Assembly: GCA_040752415.1 (NCBI GenBank)
Contig: JBFMGU010000007.1
Coordinates: 24,993 to 88,992 of the forward strand
From: Myxococcota bacterium
GTDB taxonomy: Bacteria > Myxococcota > JACRCW01
Direction of reading: 5' to 3'
Length of the DNA stretch: 64,000 nucleotides
Shown here: positions 21,867-30,844 of the stretch, piece by piece
Layout: the number at the start of each line of letters is the position of its first letter
Position numbering within the stretch: the first letter of the stretch is position 1
Program-made: the position numbers and the translations under genes
The notes under the pieces: model-generated
The model's input: the letters and a program-made list of their open reading frames with translations, nothing else
The model's database searches: none
What the model was told of the DNA's origin: nothing

Positions 21867-23234
21867 ATGGACATCACATTCTGCGGTGGCGCGGGGACGG
21901 TGACGGGATCCAGGTACCTGGTGCGGACGAGCGGTCCCACGCTGCTGGTGGACTGCGGGCTGTTTCAGGGACTCAAGGAGCTGCGGCTGCGCAACTGGGA
22001 CGCTCCGCCGTTCAATCCCGCCGAGGTGGACGCGGTGCTGCTCACGCACGCACACATCGACCACAGCGGGTACCTGCCGGTGCTGGGCAAGCGCGGCTTC
22101 ACGGGACGCGTGTACTGCACCCGCCCCACGCGCGACCTGTGCCAGATCCTGCTTTCCGACTCCGCGCGCCTGCAGGAGGAGGAAGCGGGGTACGCGCGTC
22201 GGCACGGCTACTCCAAACACACGCCGCCGTTGCCGCTGTACACGGAGGAGGACGCGGCGCGCATCCGGGAGCACTTCCGCGCCGTCGACGTGGACACGCC
22301 GGTGGAGCTGGGCGGCGGGGTGCGGGCGCGCTTCCTCCTGGCGGGCCACATCCTGGGCGCGGCGATGATCCTGCTCGAGGACGGAGCGCAGCGCGTGCTC
22401 TTCAGCGGTGACCTGGGCCGACCGAAGGACCCCATGATGCCCGCGCCGACGACGGGACTGAAGACGGACTGGCTGCTGGTGGAGTCCACCTACGGCAACC
22501 GTCGCCACGTCGACGACGATCCCGAGGCGGAGCTGGCCCAGGTCATCACGCGCACGGTGGCGCGCGGCGGCACGGTGGTGGTCCCGGCGTTCTGCGTGGG
22601 TCGCGCGCAGCTGCTGCTGTATCACCTGGCGCGGCTCAAGCGCGCCCATGCCATTCCCGACGTACCGGTGTTCCTCAACAGCCCCATGGCGCAGGAGACC
22701 GGTGCGCTCTACCCGCGTCACCGCGGCTATCACCGTCTCAACGACGAGGAGTGCTGGGACGTGTGCAACGTGGCGCGTCACGCGGTGACCGTGCAGGAAT
22801 CCAAGGATCTGCACCGCGTGGCGGGCCCCAAGGTGCTGATTGCGGGCAGCGGCATGGCCACCGGCGGGCGCGTGTTGCATCACCTCAAGGCGTACGCGCC
22901 GGATGAGAAGAACACGGTGCTCTTCGTGGGGCACCAGGCGGTGGGCACGCGTGGGGCGGCCATGGTTGCGGGTGCGGAGAGCGTGAAGATCCACGGCGAG
23001 CAGGTGCCCATCCGCGCGGAGGTGGTGAAGCTGGACCTGTTCAGCGCGCACGCGGATGGCGACGAGATCCTGGCCTGGCTGCGGACCTTCCGCGCACCGC
23101 CCGAGGAGACTTTCGTGACGCACGGCGAGCCGGAGGCCGCGGAGGCGCTGCGCGCGCGCGTGGCCGAGGAGCTGGGATGGCGCGTGCGCGTGGCCCGGCA
23201 CCTGGAGACGGTGACGTGGTCGTCGTCGACGTGA
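21867..23234 (+). CDS. MBL-fold beta-CASP metallo-hydrolase (RNA-processing type)
   Basis: VTGS, DCGLFQG, THAHIDHSG, GHILG, ESTYG, SAHAD, HGE. Confidence 0.96.
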   Translation: MDITFCGGAGTVTGSRYLVRTSGPTLLVDCGLFQGLKELRLRNWDAPPFNPAEVDAVLLTHAHIDHSGYLPVLGKRGFTGRVYCTRPTRDLCQILLSDSARLQEEEAGYARRHGYSKHTPPLPLYTEEDAARIREHFRAVDVDTPVELGGGVRARFLLAGHILGAAMILLEDGAQRVLFSGDLGRPKDPMMPAPTTGLKTDWLLVESTYGNRRHVDDDPEAELAQVITRTVARGGTVVVPAFCVGRAQLLLYHLARLKRAHAIPDVPVFLNSPMAQETGALYPRHRGYHRLNDEECWDVCNVARHAVTVQESKDLHRVAGPKVLIAGSGMATGGRVLHHLKAYAPDEKNTVLFVGHQAVGTRGAAMVAGAESVKIHGEQVPIRAEVVKLDLFSAHADGDEILAWLRTFRAPPEETFVTHGEPEAAEALRARVAEELGWRVRVARHLETVTWSSST

Positions 23235-23236
23235 GG

Positions 23237-23460
23237 TCACGAAGCGGGCGAGCGGGAAGCGCCGCGCCCTGGAGTGCGGTGCAAAGACGGCGGAGCGCGC
23301 ACGACGTGAAGCACCGCCCTGGATTGGACACGTATGGTCAGCGGTCGGTCGTCGGAGGGGACCGGTGACGGATCCAGGGCGGTGCTTGACGTCGTGGCGC
23401 GCTCCGCCGTCTTTGCACCGCACTCCAGGGCGCGGCGCTTCCCACTCTCCCGCTTCGTGA
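23237..23460. repeat. Long inverted repeat (arms 23237-23324 / 23372-23460) related to family A
   Basis: ~88-nt arms with about 4 differences; contains CTGGAGTGCGG...CCGCCCTGG; fills the whole gap between convergent genes. Confidence 0.92.
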
Positions 23461-23465
23461 ACCGG

Positions 23466-24131
23466 CTATGCCGTCACTGCGTCGGAATGTCGCCGGTGTC
23501 GGGAGTCCAGGCCGGGAATCAGGTGCCCGCGACAACACTCCGGCAGCTCGCCGCGGATGAGCTCCACCGCGTGCATGGCCTTGTCCAGGAAGCTCTCCGT
23601 GCTCTCCACCGTGAACCGACGGGGATGCCCGCTCCACGCCTGCCGGATCCGCTCGTCGATGAGCGCGGCCTCCTCGGGCGTCTCGGTGCGCAGGCGGTTG
23701 GTGTTGTTGTAGCCGCCGTTCGCGGGCGGGGTGCGCAGGTGGATCACCACGTCGTAGCGAGAGAGCTGCTCGGCCTCGCTGCTGCGCACGCCGGCCCAGA
23801 ACTCCGACGGAGCGCCCTGCCAGTAGGCCAGCCCGTCCAGGGTGCCGCGGTCGCACAGGAACACCGCGGAGCCATCCACCGCCAGCTCCGCCTCCTCCAG
23901 CTCCGTCTGCACGTGGAAGATGGCGCGCTGCGCCGCCCGGGACGCGCCCGGCTCCGTCCGACGCGGAAACCCGCCGCCAAACAACACCCCCGCCGCCTCC
24001 GGCAGCACCCGCACGTGACGACAGAAATGCTGCCGCACCAGCTCCAACACCGCCGTCTTCCCCGCGCCCGGACCGCCGGTCAGCACAATCCGCTTCAACG
24101 TGTGCCGGGTCTCACACTGACACGTCTCCAT
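23466..24131 (-). CDS. AAA_28 (NadR/Ttd14-type) P-loop NTPase
   Basis: IVLTGGPGAGKT, PEAA, CDRGTLDGLAY. Confidence 0.9.
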   Translation of the reverse strand: METCQCETRHTLKRIVLTGGPGAGKTAVLELVRQHFCRHVRVLPEAAGVLFGGGFPRRTEPGASRAAQRAIFHVQTELEEAELAVDGSAVFLCDRGTLDGLAYWQGAPSEFWAGVRSSEAEQLSRYDVVIHLRTPPANGGYNNTNRLRTETPEEAALIDERIRQAWSGHPRRFTVESTESFLDKAMHAVELIRGELPECCRGHLIPGLDSRHRRHSDAVTA

Positions 24132-24143
24132 GCCCGTTGGGCG

Positions 24144-24159
24144 TGCAACGGACGCGCCA
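24144..24159 (-). promoter_or_regulatory. Putative sigma54 promoter
   Basis: Minus strand TGGCGC-GTCCG-TTGCA, 12 nt before ATG 24131. Confidence 0.65.
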
Positions 24160-24179
24160 GCAGGGACGTCCTGGCGTCG

Positions 24180-24290
24180 TCAGCCGTGGGTCTGGCGGGA
24201 CTTGTTGCGACGCAACGCGTGGCGCCGCTTGAGGACGCGCTTGCGGTGGACCTTGGAGCGGCTGCGGACGCTCTTCTTGGTGCGCGGCAT
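24180..24290 (-). CDS. Small basic peptide, 36 aa (MPRTKKSVRSRSKVHRKRVLKRRHALRRNKSRQTHG)
   Basis: GAGGTG SD 4 nt before ATG; 35/36 codons end in G/C; 16 R/K and no D/E; absent from the ORF track. Confidence 0.75.
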   Translation of the reverse strand: MPRTKKSVRSRSKVHRKRVLKRRHALRRNKSRQTHG

Positions 24291-24352
24291 GGGTCACCTC
24301 GTCGGGACACGGCCCGGAGCGGGATATAGGCGGCGGCTGCTGCGCAGGCATT

Positions 24353-25057
24353 TCACCGCGGTGGTTTCTCGAAGTGCTGGTAGTCCACGCGGTCCTTCCA
24401 GCTCCCGCCCCACGTCCACCCGCGTTGCGTGAAGGCGCGATGGCACGCATCCCCTTCCGTGATCATCCCCGGCTGCAACACCCGACGGTCGAGGAACGTG
24501 AGGGCCACGGGCGGCAGCACGCGGGTGGGTTTGTCGTCGGGACCCCAGGCACCCGTGGCGTCCACGCGCACGGGGCGCGGGTTGGAATAGGGATTGAGGC
24601 GCGGGTTGATGTCCACGGCCCGCCCGTAGCTGTGCTTGGACCACTGCCCGGGACGCGTGGTGTTCGGTCGACACATGAACGCCGAGGTGTTGTTGTGCTC
24701 CATGGAGCGGTCGTCGCTGGCGTCAAAGTCCTCGATGAGCCGCACCTGCTCCACGGGAAAACGCGCGCGCAGCATCTCCGCGAACGCCTCCGCCACCTCC
24801 ACCGCCACCTCGACGTGGACAACGAGCTCACCCGCCTTCTCCACGCCGTCCAGTCCCAGGTGACGCACCCGCACCAGGGCCAGCTCCTCCCGGGGCACCG
24901 GGCAGCCCGGACGCCAGGACGCACCGGTGATGCGCTCCCGCGTGGCGACGGGAAGCGGCCAGCTCACGTCCGGGTGATCCGGCGGCGTGCGACGCACCTC
25001 GGCGCGCGGACAACCCAGCGTGCAGACCAGCACCAGCGTGAGCAAACGGTTGGGCAC
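24353..25057 (-). CDS. M15 family peptidoglycan metallopeptidase
   Basis: NNTSAF.CR, SKHSYGRAVDINP, WGG.W, DYQHFE. Confidence 0.92.
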   Translation of the reverse strand: MPNRLLTLVLVCTLGCPRAEVRRTPPDHPDVSWPLPVATRERITGASWRPGCPVPREELALVRVRHLGLDGVEKAGELVVHVEVAVEVAEAFAEMLRARFPVEQVRLIEDFDASDDRSMEHNNTSAFMCRPNTTRPGQWSKHSYGRAVDINPRLNPYSNPRPVRVDATGAWGPDDKPTRVLPPVALTFLDRRVLQPGMITEGDACHRAFTQRGWTWGGSWKDRVDYQHFEKPPR

Positions 25058-25109
25058 GCGCGCAGGATTAGCACGGGCCGCGTCCCGTCGTTGAATGCGG
25101 GGGGCGTCA

Positions 25110-25138
25110 TTGACGTCGCAGCCTGCGGCCCCTAATTG
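25110..25138 (+). promoter_or_regulatory. Putative sigma70-type promoter
   Basis: TTGACG-17 nt-TAATTG upstream of the CDS at 25168. Confidence 0.45.
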
Positions 25139-25167
25139 CGCGAAGAACCTTTCACGGAGGAGGAATC

Positions 25168-25764
25168 ATGCAGTCCCAGCGTTCCATGAAGGCCCTGGTG
25201 GTCACCGCAGGTCTGGTTTTCTCGTCGTCAACCCTGGCCCAGGAGGGCGCGCCCGCGGCGCAGCAGCAGGCTCCCGCGGCGGAGCAGAAGGCGGGGGAGC
25301 CCGCGGCGCCGGCCCCGGCCGACGAAGGCAAGGCGAAGATCAAGGGCGCCAAGGGCAAGAAGATGAAGCTGGCCAAGCGGCTGAACGCCTGCAAGGCGGA
25401 TGTGCAGAAGTTCTGCGCGGAGGTGGAGCCGGGCGAGGGACGGCTGCACGCGTGCCTGGCGGGCAAGCAGGCGGAGCTGTCCAAGGGCTGCGCCGCCCAG
25501 CTGGACAAGGTGGGTCGCGCCAAGGGCTTCAAGGAGGCTTGCGCCGAGGACGTCAAGAAGCTGTGCGCCGCCGTGAAGCCGGGCAAGGGCCGCATTGCCA
25601 AGTGCCTGCGCGAGAAGGAGGCGGAGGTGGGCGCCACCTGCAAGGCGCGCCTGGACAAGGCCGCGGCGGAGAACAAGGACGTGGACAAGCTCGCCGACGA
25701 CACCCACGGCGAGATCACCAAGGCGCCCGCCACCCCGGAAGCCGCGGCGGAGCAGAACCCGTAA
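25168..25764 (+). CDS. Secreted cysteine-rich-repeat (Cys_rich_FGFR/GLG1-like) protein
   Basis: GGAGGAGG SD; signal peptide; two ACxxDVxKxCxxVxPGxGRxxxCL repeats. Confidence 0.88.
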   Translation: MQSQRSMKALVVTAGLVFSSSTLAQEGAPAAQQQAPAAEQKAGEPAAPAPADEGKAKIKGAKGKKMKLAKRLNACKADVQKFCAEVEPGEGRLHACLAGKQAELSKGCAAQLDKVGRAKGFKEACAEDVKKLCAAVKPGKGRIAKCLREKEAEVGATCKARLDKAAAENKDVDKLADDTHGEITKAPATPEAAAEQNP

Positions 25765-25788
25765 AAGCGGGTCGGCCCATGGGTCCGT

Positions 25789-28700
25789 TCAGCGACGCTG
25801 CAGCTCCATCAGGAATCCCTGACACGCATCCAACACCAGCAGCCGCTCGCCCGAGGGATGGACCTGGGTGCCGCTGAGACAGCGGGTCACCGTCTGCGGG
25901 AAGGTGTCGCGGGGCGGGGCGCCGTAGATGGTGCGCACCCCGTCGTCACCGGTGACGCGCCCGTCCTCTCCGGAGGTCACCATGCGCACCGCCACGCGGG
26001 AGCCCACCACCAGGTTCCCGTAGGGATCCACGGTGAGCCCGCGTGGCGTGTCCACCGGGAAGAACCGCGCCGGGGTGCCCTCGCCGCTGGAGTTGGGGCT
26101 CCCGTCGCCCAGCACCGTGGTCACCGTCAGCGTCTCGCGGTCCAGGCGACGGATGCGGTGGTTCTGCGTGTCGGCGATGTAGATGTCGCGCGTGGTCACC
26201 GCCACCGCCTCCGGGCTGTCGAAGAGCGCGGTGTTGGCGGGGGCGTCCTCGCCGCGGAAGCCCAGCTCCCCGGGAAGGCCCGCCAGCGTGGTGACGGCGT
26301 TGGCGGCGGTGGGCTCGTCGACACGGATGGCGCGGATCACGTGGTTGCCCACCTCCGCCACCAGGAGCAGGCGCTGCGCCTCGTCGAAGGCCAGGCCGGT
26401 GGGACCATCCAGGCGCGCGTCGGCCACCGTGCCGTCGCGGTGACCGCGCACCCCGCCCACGAAGACGTCGACGGTCCAGTTGGGCTCCAGCAACGTGACC
26501 CGACGGATGACGTGGCCATTCCGCTCCGAGACGAACACGCGGTCCAGCCCCTCCACGCGCGCGTAGGCAATGCCGGATGCGTTGCGGAACAGGCGTGTGA
26601 TGTCGGCGCGGCCGGAGTCCGGGCCCTCGCGCGGGTAGCCGGCCACCGTCAGGAGCAGCGCGTTCCCGGGCTCGTCGGGATTGACCACGCGACGCACCCG
26701 GCCACCGCGCCCGTCGGCCACCAGCCAGCCCAGCGCGTCGGGCAGCACCACCAGCGCCGTGGGGTCGGAGAGGCTGGCCACGCCCGCGTTGCCCGAGCCG
26801 TCCTGCGCCAGCAGCGGTCCGTCGCCGGTGTGCACCGTGCCTGCCACCGTGCTGATGTTCCCCTGCGCATCCACCCGACGCACGAGCCCGTTGCCGTAGT
26901 CGGTGATGATCAGGTCCTCCCCGCCCCAGGCCAGCTGGTAGGGCAGGTTGATCCGGGCCTGGTCCGCAGGACCGAAGTCACCGTAGAAGCCGTCCTCGTC
27001 GGAGCCGGCCACGGTGGTGATGACGCCGGTGTCCAGGTCCACGCGCCGCACCCGCGAGCCGTTGGTGTCGGAGATGTACAGGCCGTGCCGACCGCCGCGG
27101 TCCTCCACCAGCACCGCGCCGGGACTGAAGAGGCTGGCCTGCACCGCGCTCAGCCCGTCGCCACTGCTCTGGGGCAGGCCGTTGCCCGCCACGGTGGTGA
27201 TGGTCCCGTCCAGCGCCACGCGCCGCACGCGGTGGAAGCGGTCATCCGCCATGTAGAGGTTGCCGCTGGGGTCCAGCGCAATGCCGTACACGTGACCAAT
27301 GCCCACGTCGACGGCGAGCGCGCCCTCGTCGGTGCTGGGGTCGTAGGTGTCGGTGCCGTTCCCCGCCACGGTGGTGATGATCCCCGCGGGGTTGATGCGC
27401 CGGATGCGGTTGTTGCTCGCGTCGGAGAAGAAGATGTTGCCTGCCGCGTCCACGGCGATGCCGGCGGGGCCGTACAGCTTGGCCTCCGTGGCCGGTCCGT
27501 TGTCACCGCTGAAGCCGCCGGAGCCGTCCCCATCCGCGAATCCGGCGATGGTGACGACGTTGCCATCCGGCATGAGCTTGCGGATGCGGTCGTTGCCGGA
27601 GTCGGTGACGTAGAGGTTGCCCTGCGCGTCCAGGGCCAGGCTGTCGGGGAAGGCCACCAGGGTCTCGGCGCCCACGCCGTTGCCGTTGTAGCCGCTCTCG
27701 CCGGTGCCGAGCACGGTGGAGATGATCCCGCTGGGGTCCACCTTGCGCACGCGGTGCGCCTCGTATTCGGCGACGTAGATGGTCCCGTCGGGGGTCACCG
27801 CCACGCCGTTGGGGCCCTGCATGAACGCGTCCTGCGCCAGCATCACCGGGTTGCCGGGGCGGGTGAAGCCCGCGTAGGCCGGCCCGGCCAGCCCCACCAC
27901 CTGCTCCACGTTCCGACCTGGCTCCGGCCCCACGCGCAGCACGCGCTGGTTGTACTCGTCGCTGATGTAGATGGTGCCGTCCTCCGCGAGGGTGATCCAC
28001 AGCGGCTGGTTGAGACCCAGCTCGGCCAGCGACTCGCCGATCTCGTCGGAGGCCTGACCGGTGCCGGCCCACGGCGTCAGCGTCCCGGTGTTGCGGTTGA
28101 GCAGCATGATGCGGTGACCCGAGTGTTCCGTGACGAGCACCTCATCCGCGGAGAGCAGGGTCATCCCGGAGGGGCCGCCCAGTCCCGCGTCCCGGTCGAC
28201 CAGGGTGGTGAGCATGCGCGTGGACAGGTCCACCTCGCGGATGCGGTTGCCCACCTGCTCGGCGATGAGCAGCGTGCCGGCGGCCAGGTCGTAGAGCACA
28301 CCCCACGGTCGCTCCAGCTCCGCCGCGGTGGATGTGGTGCCCGCGTCGCCCGCTCCGCCGTCGACGTCTTCCACGGTGGGGCAGCTGCCCACCAGCGTCT
28401 CGATCTCGCCTTCCGCGCTGAGCATGCGGATGCGGCCGTTGTTGGTGTCGGCGATGTAGATGTTGCCTTGCGCGTCCTGGGCCAGGCCGGTGGGGTAGTT
28501 GAGCTCGGTGCGCAGCGGGCCGTCGGCGTCGTCGCCACCGCAGCCGGGCGTGCCGGTGCCGGCCACGGTGGTGATGATGCCGGTGGTGTCTATCCTGCGG
28601 ACCACGTGGTTGCCGGCGTCGGAGAAGTAGATGTTGCCGCGCCCGTCGATGATGAGGCCTTCCGGCTCGGAAAGCAGCGCGTTGGTGGCGGGGCCCTGGT

Positions 28701-29823
28701 CGCCCGCGTAGCCCACCACGCCGGCGCCGGCCACGCGCGTGAGCTTGCCGCTGACGTCGAGGCGCCAGATGCGCGGGGAGAGCCACTCGCCGAAATAGAC
28801 GTTGCCCAGCCGGTCCAGCGCGATGCCTTCCGGGTAGGTGAGGGGCAGGCGCAGGGGATCACCGCCGCTGATGCCAAAGCCCAGCAGCACCCTCGGGCTC
28901 CACTCCACGGTGCGGCACGCGTTGCAGGTGTCGTTGGGGTTGTTGGTGTTTCCGTCGTCACAGGACTCCGCGGGAGCGGTGCCTCCGTCGGTGGAGACCG
29001 GCGCGCGGTTGACCACGCCGTCGCCGCACACGTTGAGCCGACAGTCGGAGCGGCAGCCGTCCTCGTCGGAGGCGTTGCCGTCGTCGCATTCCTCGGGCAC
29101 GCCGGCCAGCACGCCGGTCCTGCCGTCGCCGCACACGTTGGGGACGCAGCCCTGCACCGCGTCGCAGTGGCGGCTGATCTCCACGCCTCCGTCGGAGCCG
29201 GTGAGCGGCTCACACAGGGTGCTGTCGGGCGTGACCTCGCAGCGCTGTTCCTCCTCGACGCAGCGGGTGCGCACGCAGGCAAACGCGGAGGGCGGGCAGG
29301 CCACGGGGCCGGGGCTGCACACGCCGCGCGCGGAGCCGCCGGTGACGGAGTTGCCCTCGAGGTCCAGGCATTGCTCCTCGCCGTTGCACCAGGTGTTGTC
29401 GCCGCACTCGGCGGAGAGCGTGCACGCACGACCCAGCCGGATCTCGGTGGCCACGCCGCCGCCTTCCTTGAGCTCCACCACGGCCTTGCCGAGCCCAATG
29501 ACCTTGCCGTCCTGCGCCAGCGCCTCGGCGAGGAGCTGCACCGGTCCGGAGGGGGGATTGTCGAAGACCACCGCGTAGTCGAAGGGGTCCTTGAGCGGTT
29601 GGGCGGCGGCCTTCTCGGGGAGCGTGGCCTCGCTGGTTCCGCCCGCGGAGGTCACCACCGAGTGGACGCGCCAGACCTGCCCCGCCAGCGCGCCCTGCTG
29701 CACGGTGACCACGACGTGGGTGGCGGAGCTCCCCGGCGGTCCGAGGTGGAAGGTGGGAGGCTCCGAGGAGGTGCAGGAGGCAACCAGTCCCAACGCCGAC
29801 ACGAGGGCGACAACACGTGACAT
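25789..29823 (-). CDS. Large lipoprotein with myxobacterial Cys-rich repeats and many NHL repeats (teneurin-like)
   Basis: Lipobox VASC; CGDG..EECDDGN repeats; many GNIYIADxxNxRIR..GIITTVAG blades. Confidence 0.92.
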   Translation of the reverse strand: MSRVVALVSALGLVASCTSSEPPTFHLGPPGSSATHVVVTVQQGALAGQVWRVHSVVTSAGGTSEATLPEKAAAQPLKDPFDYAVVFDNPPSGPVQLLAEALAQDGKVIGLGKAVVELKEGGGVATEIRLGRACTLSAECGDNTWCNGEEQCLDLEGNSVTGGSARGVCSPGPVACPPSAFACVRTRCVEEEQRCEVTPDSTLCEPLTGSDGGVEISRHCDAVQGCVPNVCGDGRTGVLAGVPEECDDGNASDEDGCRSDCRLNVCGDGVVNRAPVSTDGGTAPAESCDDGNTNNPNDTCNACRTVEWSPRVLLGFGISGGDPLRLPLTYPEGIALDRLGNVYFGEWLSPRIWRLDVSGKLTRVAGAGVVGYAGDQGPATNALLSEPEGLIIDGRGNIYFSDAGNHVVRRIDTTGIITTVAGTGTPGCGGDDADGPLRTELNYPTGLAQDAQGNIYIADTNNGRIRMLSAEGEIETLVGSCPTVEDVDGGAGDAGTTSTAAELERPWGVLYDLAAGTLLIAEQVGNRIREVDLSTRMLTTLVDRDAGLGGPSGMTLLSADEVLVTEHSGHRIMLLNRNTGTLTPWAGTGQASDEIGESLAELGLNQPLWITLAEDGTIYISDEYNQRVLRVGPEPGRNVEQVVGLAGPAYAGFTRPGNPVMLAQDAFMQGPNGVAVTPDGTIYVAEYEAHRVRKVDPSGIISTVLGTGESGYNGNGVGAETLVAFPDSLALDAQGNLYVTDSGNDRIRKLMPDGNVVTIAGFADGDGSGGFSGDNGPATEAKLYGPAGIAVDAAGNIFFSDASNNRIRRINPAGIITTVAGNGTDTYDPSTDEGALAVDVGIGHVYGIALDPSGNLYMADDRFHRVRRVALDGTITTVAGNGLPQSSGDGLSAVQASLFSPGAVLVEDRGGRHGLYISDTNGSRVRRVDLDTGVITTVAGSDEDGFYGDFGPADQARINLPYQLAWGGEDLIITDYGNGLVRRVDAQGNISTVAGTVHTGDGPLLAQDGSGNAGVASLSDPTALVVLPDALGWLVADGRGGRVRRVVNPDEPGNALLLTVAGYPREGPDSGRADITRLFRNASGIAYARVEGLDRVFVSERNGHVIRRVTLLEPNWTVDVFVGGVRGHRDGTVADARLDGPTGLAFDEAQRLLLVAEVGNHVIRAIRVDEPTAANAVTTLAGLPGELGFRGEDAPANTALFDSPEAVAVTTRDIYIADTQNHRIRRLDRETLTVTTVLGDGSPNSSGEGTPARFFPVDTPRGLTVDPYGNLVVGSRVAVRMVTSGEDGRVTGDDGVRTIYGAPPRDTFPQTVTRCLSGTQVHPSGERLLVLDACQGFLMELQRR

Positions 29824-29947
29824 GATGCGGACAGCCTAGCGTGCGTCCCGACGGGGATGCCAACCAGGGGCCACCTCCGACGCGGCCCTGGGCCTGGGTG
29901 GGGAACCGGGACGCCCACGGTGTTGTCGGGGCGGGATGGGAGGGAAC

Positions 29948-30406
29948 ATGGTTGCACAGCTGGCGTGGCTGGTGATGGGCGTGCTCACGACGACGACACC
30001 GGAAGGCCCGATGGTGCCGATCACGCGCGCCGACCTGGAGCGGCACGGCTTCCTGACCACGCTGGCGCGCCACGCGCCCGAGGGCGTCGCGCTGCACGCG
30101 GGCAAGCCGGCGGATGGTGTGGTGACGGTGGCCTACGCGTCACGAAGGGGACGTTGTGCCGTGGACCTCACGCTGGAGGGGGAGTGGCGCAACTGGACGT
30201 GTGAGGACCATCCCGCGTTGTCCCCGGTGGAACCCGCGGCGGTGGGCGAGCTGGTGACGACGAAGTTTGGCAACCGCGAGCGCGTACGCAAGATGGTGCT
30301 CGACGGGGAGAAGGTGGTGGGAGAGCGCGCCGCGCCGGGAGTGGTGTTCGTGATGCCGCGGACGGAGATTGTGATTCCGCTGCGGGAGCTGGAGAAGGGC
30401 CGCTGA
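29948..30406 (+). CDS. Hypothetical exported protein
   Basis: GGAGG SD; hydrophobic N-terminus; GC3-rich codons. Confidence 0.7.
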   Translation: MVAQLAWLVMGVLTTTTPEGPMVPITRADLERHGFLTTLARHAPEGVALHAGKPADGVVTVAYASRRGRCAVDLTLEGEWRNWTCEDHPALSPVEPAAVGELVTTKFGNRERVRKMVLDGEKVVGERAAPGVVFVMPRTEIVIPLRELEKGR

Positions 30407-30452
30407 AGCTGTGGCCCCGGTGTCCTATCGTGAACCCAGTGTGCATTTTCGT

Positions 30453-30669
30453 CCCCGGGCTACACCGGCTTCACCGTTTTCACCGCTTGAAGCCCGGGGC
30501 ATGCCAGGCGCGTAAGCCCCGACCCGCGGAGCGGGCCAGGGCTTCTTCCCTTGGTGAAACGACCCCTCATCGGAAGAAGTCCCGGACCGCTTTGCGGTGG
30601 CCGGGACTTACGCTCCGGGATGCTGTGGGCTTCAAGTGATGAAGCCGGTGAAGTCGGTGCAGCCCACAG
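30453..30669. repeat. Inverted pair of diverged family B units (30453-30549 forward; 30572-30669 reverse)
   Basis: Both units have stem + 29-nt loop + GCGTAAG..stem..CTTCTTCC, like 12441-12862. Confidence 0.85.
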
Positions 30670-30844
30670 ACAAGGAACCGCGCAGTCCTCGCCCCGACAT
30701 CCTCGGCAGCAGGAGCCGGAGGAGGATGGGGTTGTCAGGTGGTCCGGGTGTGGGAGCGGACGGGCTTCCTCGCTGAGGCGTGCCCCCTCTCGTGCCCTCT
30801 CGCGAGGCGGCCGTTGATTTAGGGCCGCTTAGCGGGAAGTCAAC

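Noticed and set aside
21867..24131. Anti-phage defence system (nuclease plus ATPase)
   Set aside because: The genes are convergent, belong to widespread housekeeping-type families, have host-like codon use and lack island context.
25858..29820. 1320-aa plus-strand ORF (also 10617-12419, 37249-39339, 45506-47929)
   Set aside because: Antisense shadows of clear minus-strand genes; stop-codon scarcity at high GC3.
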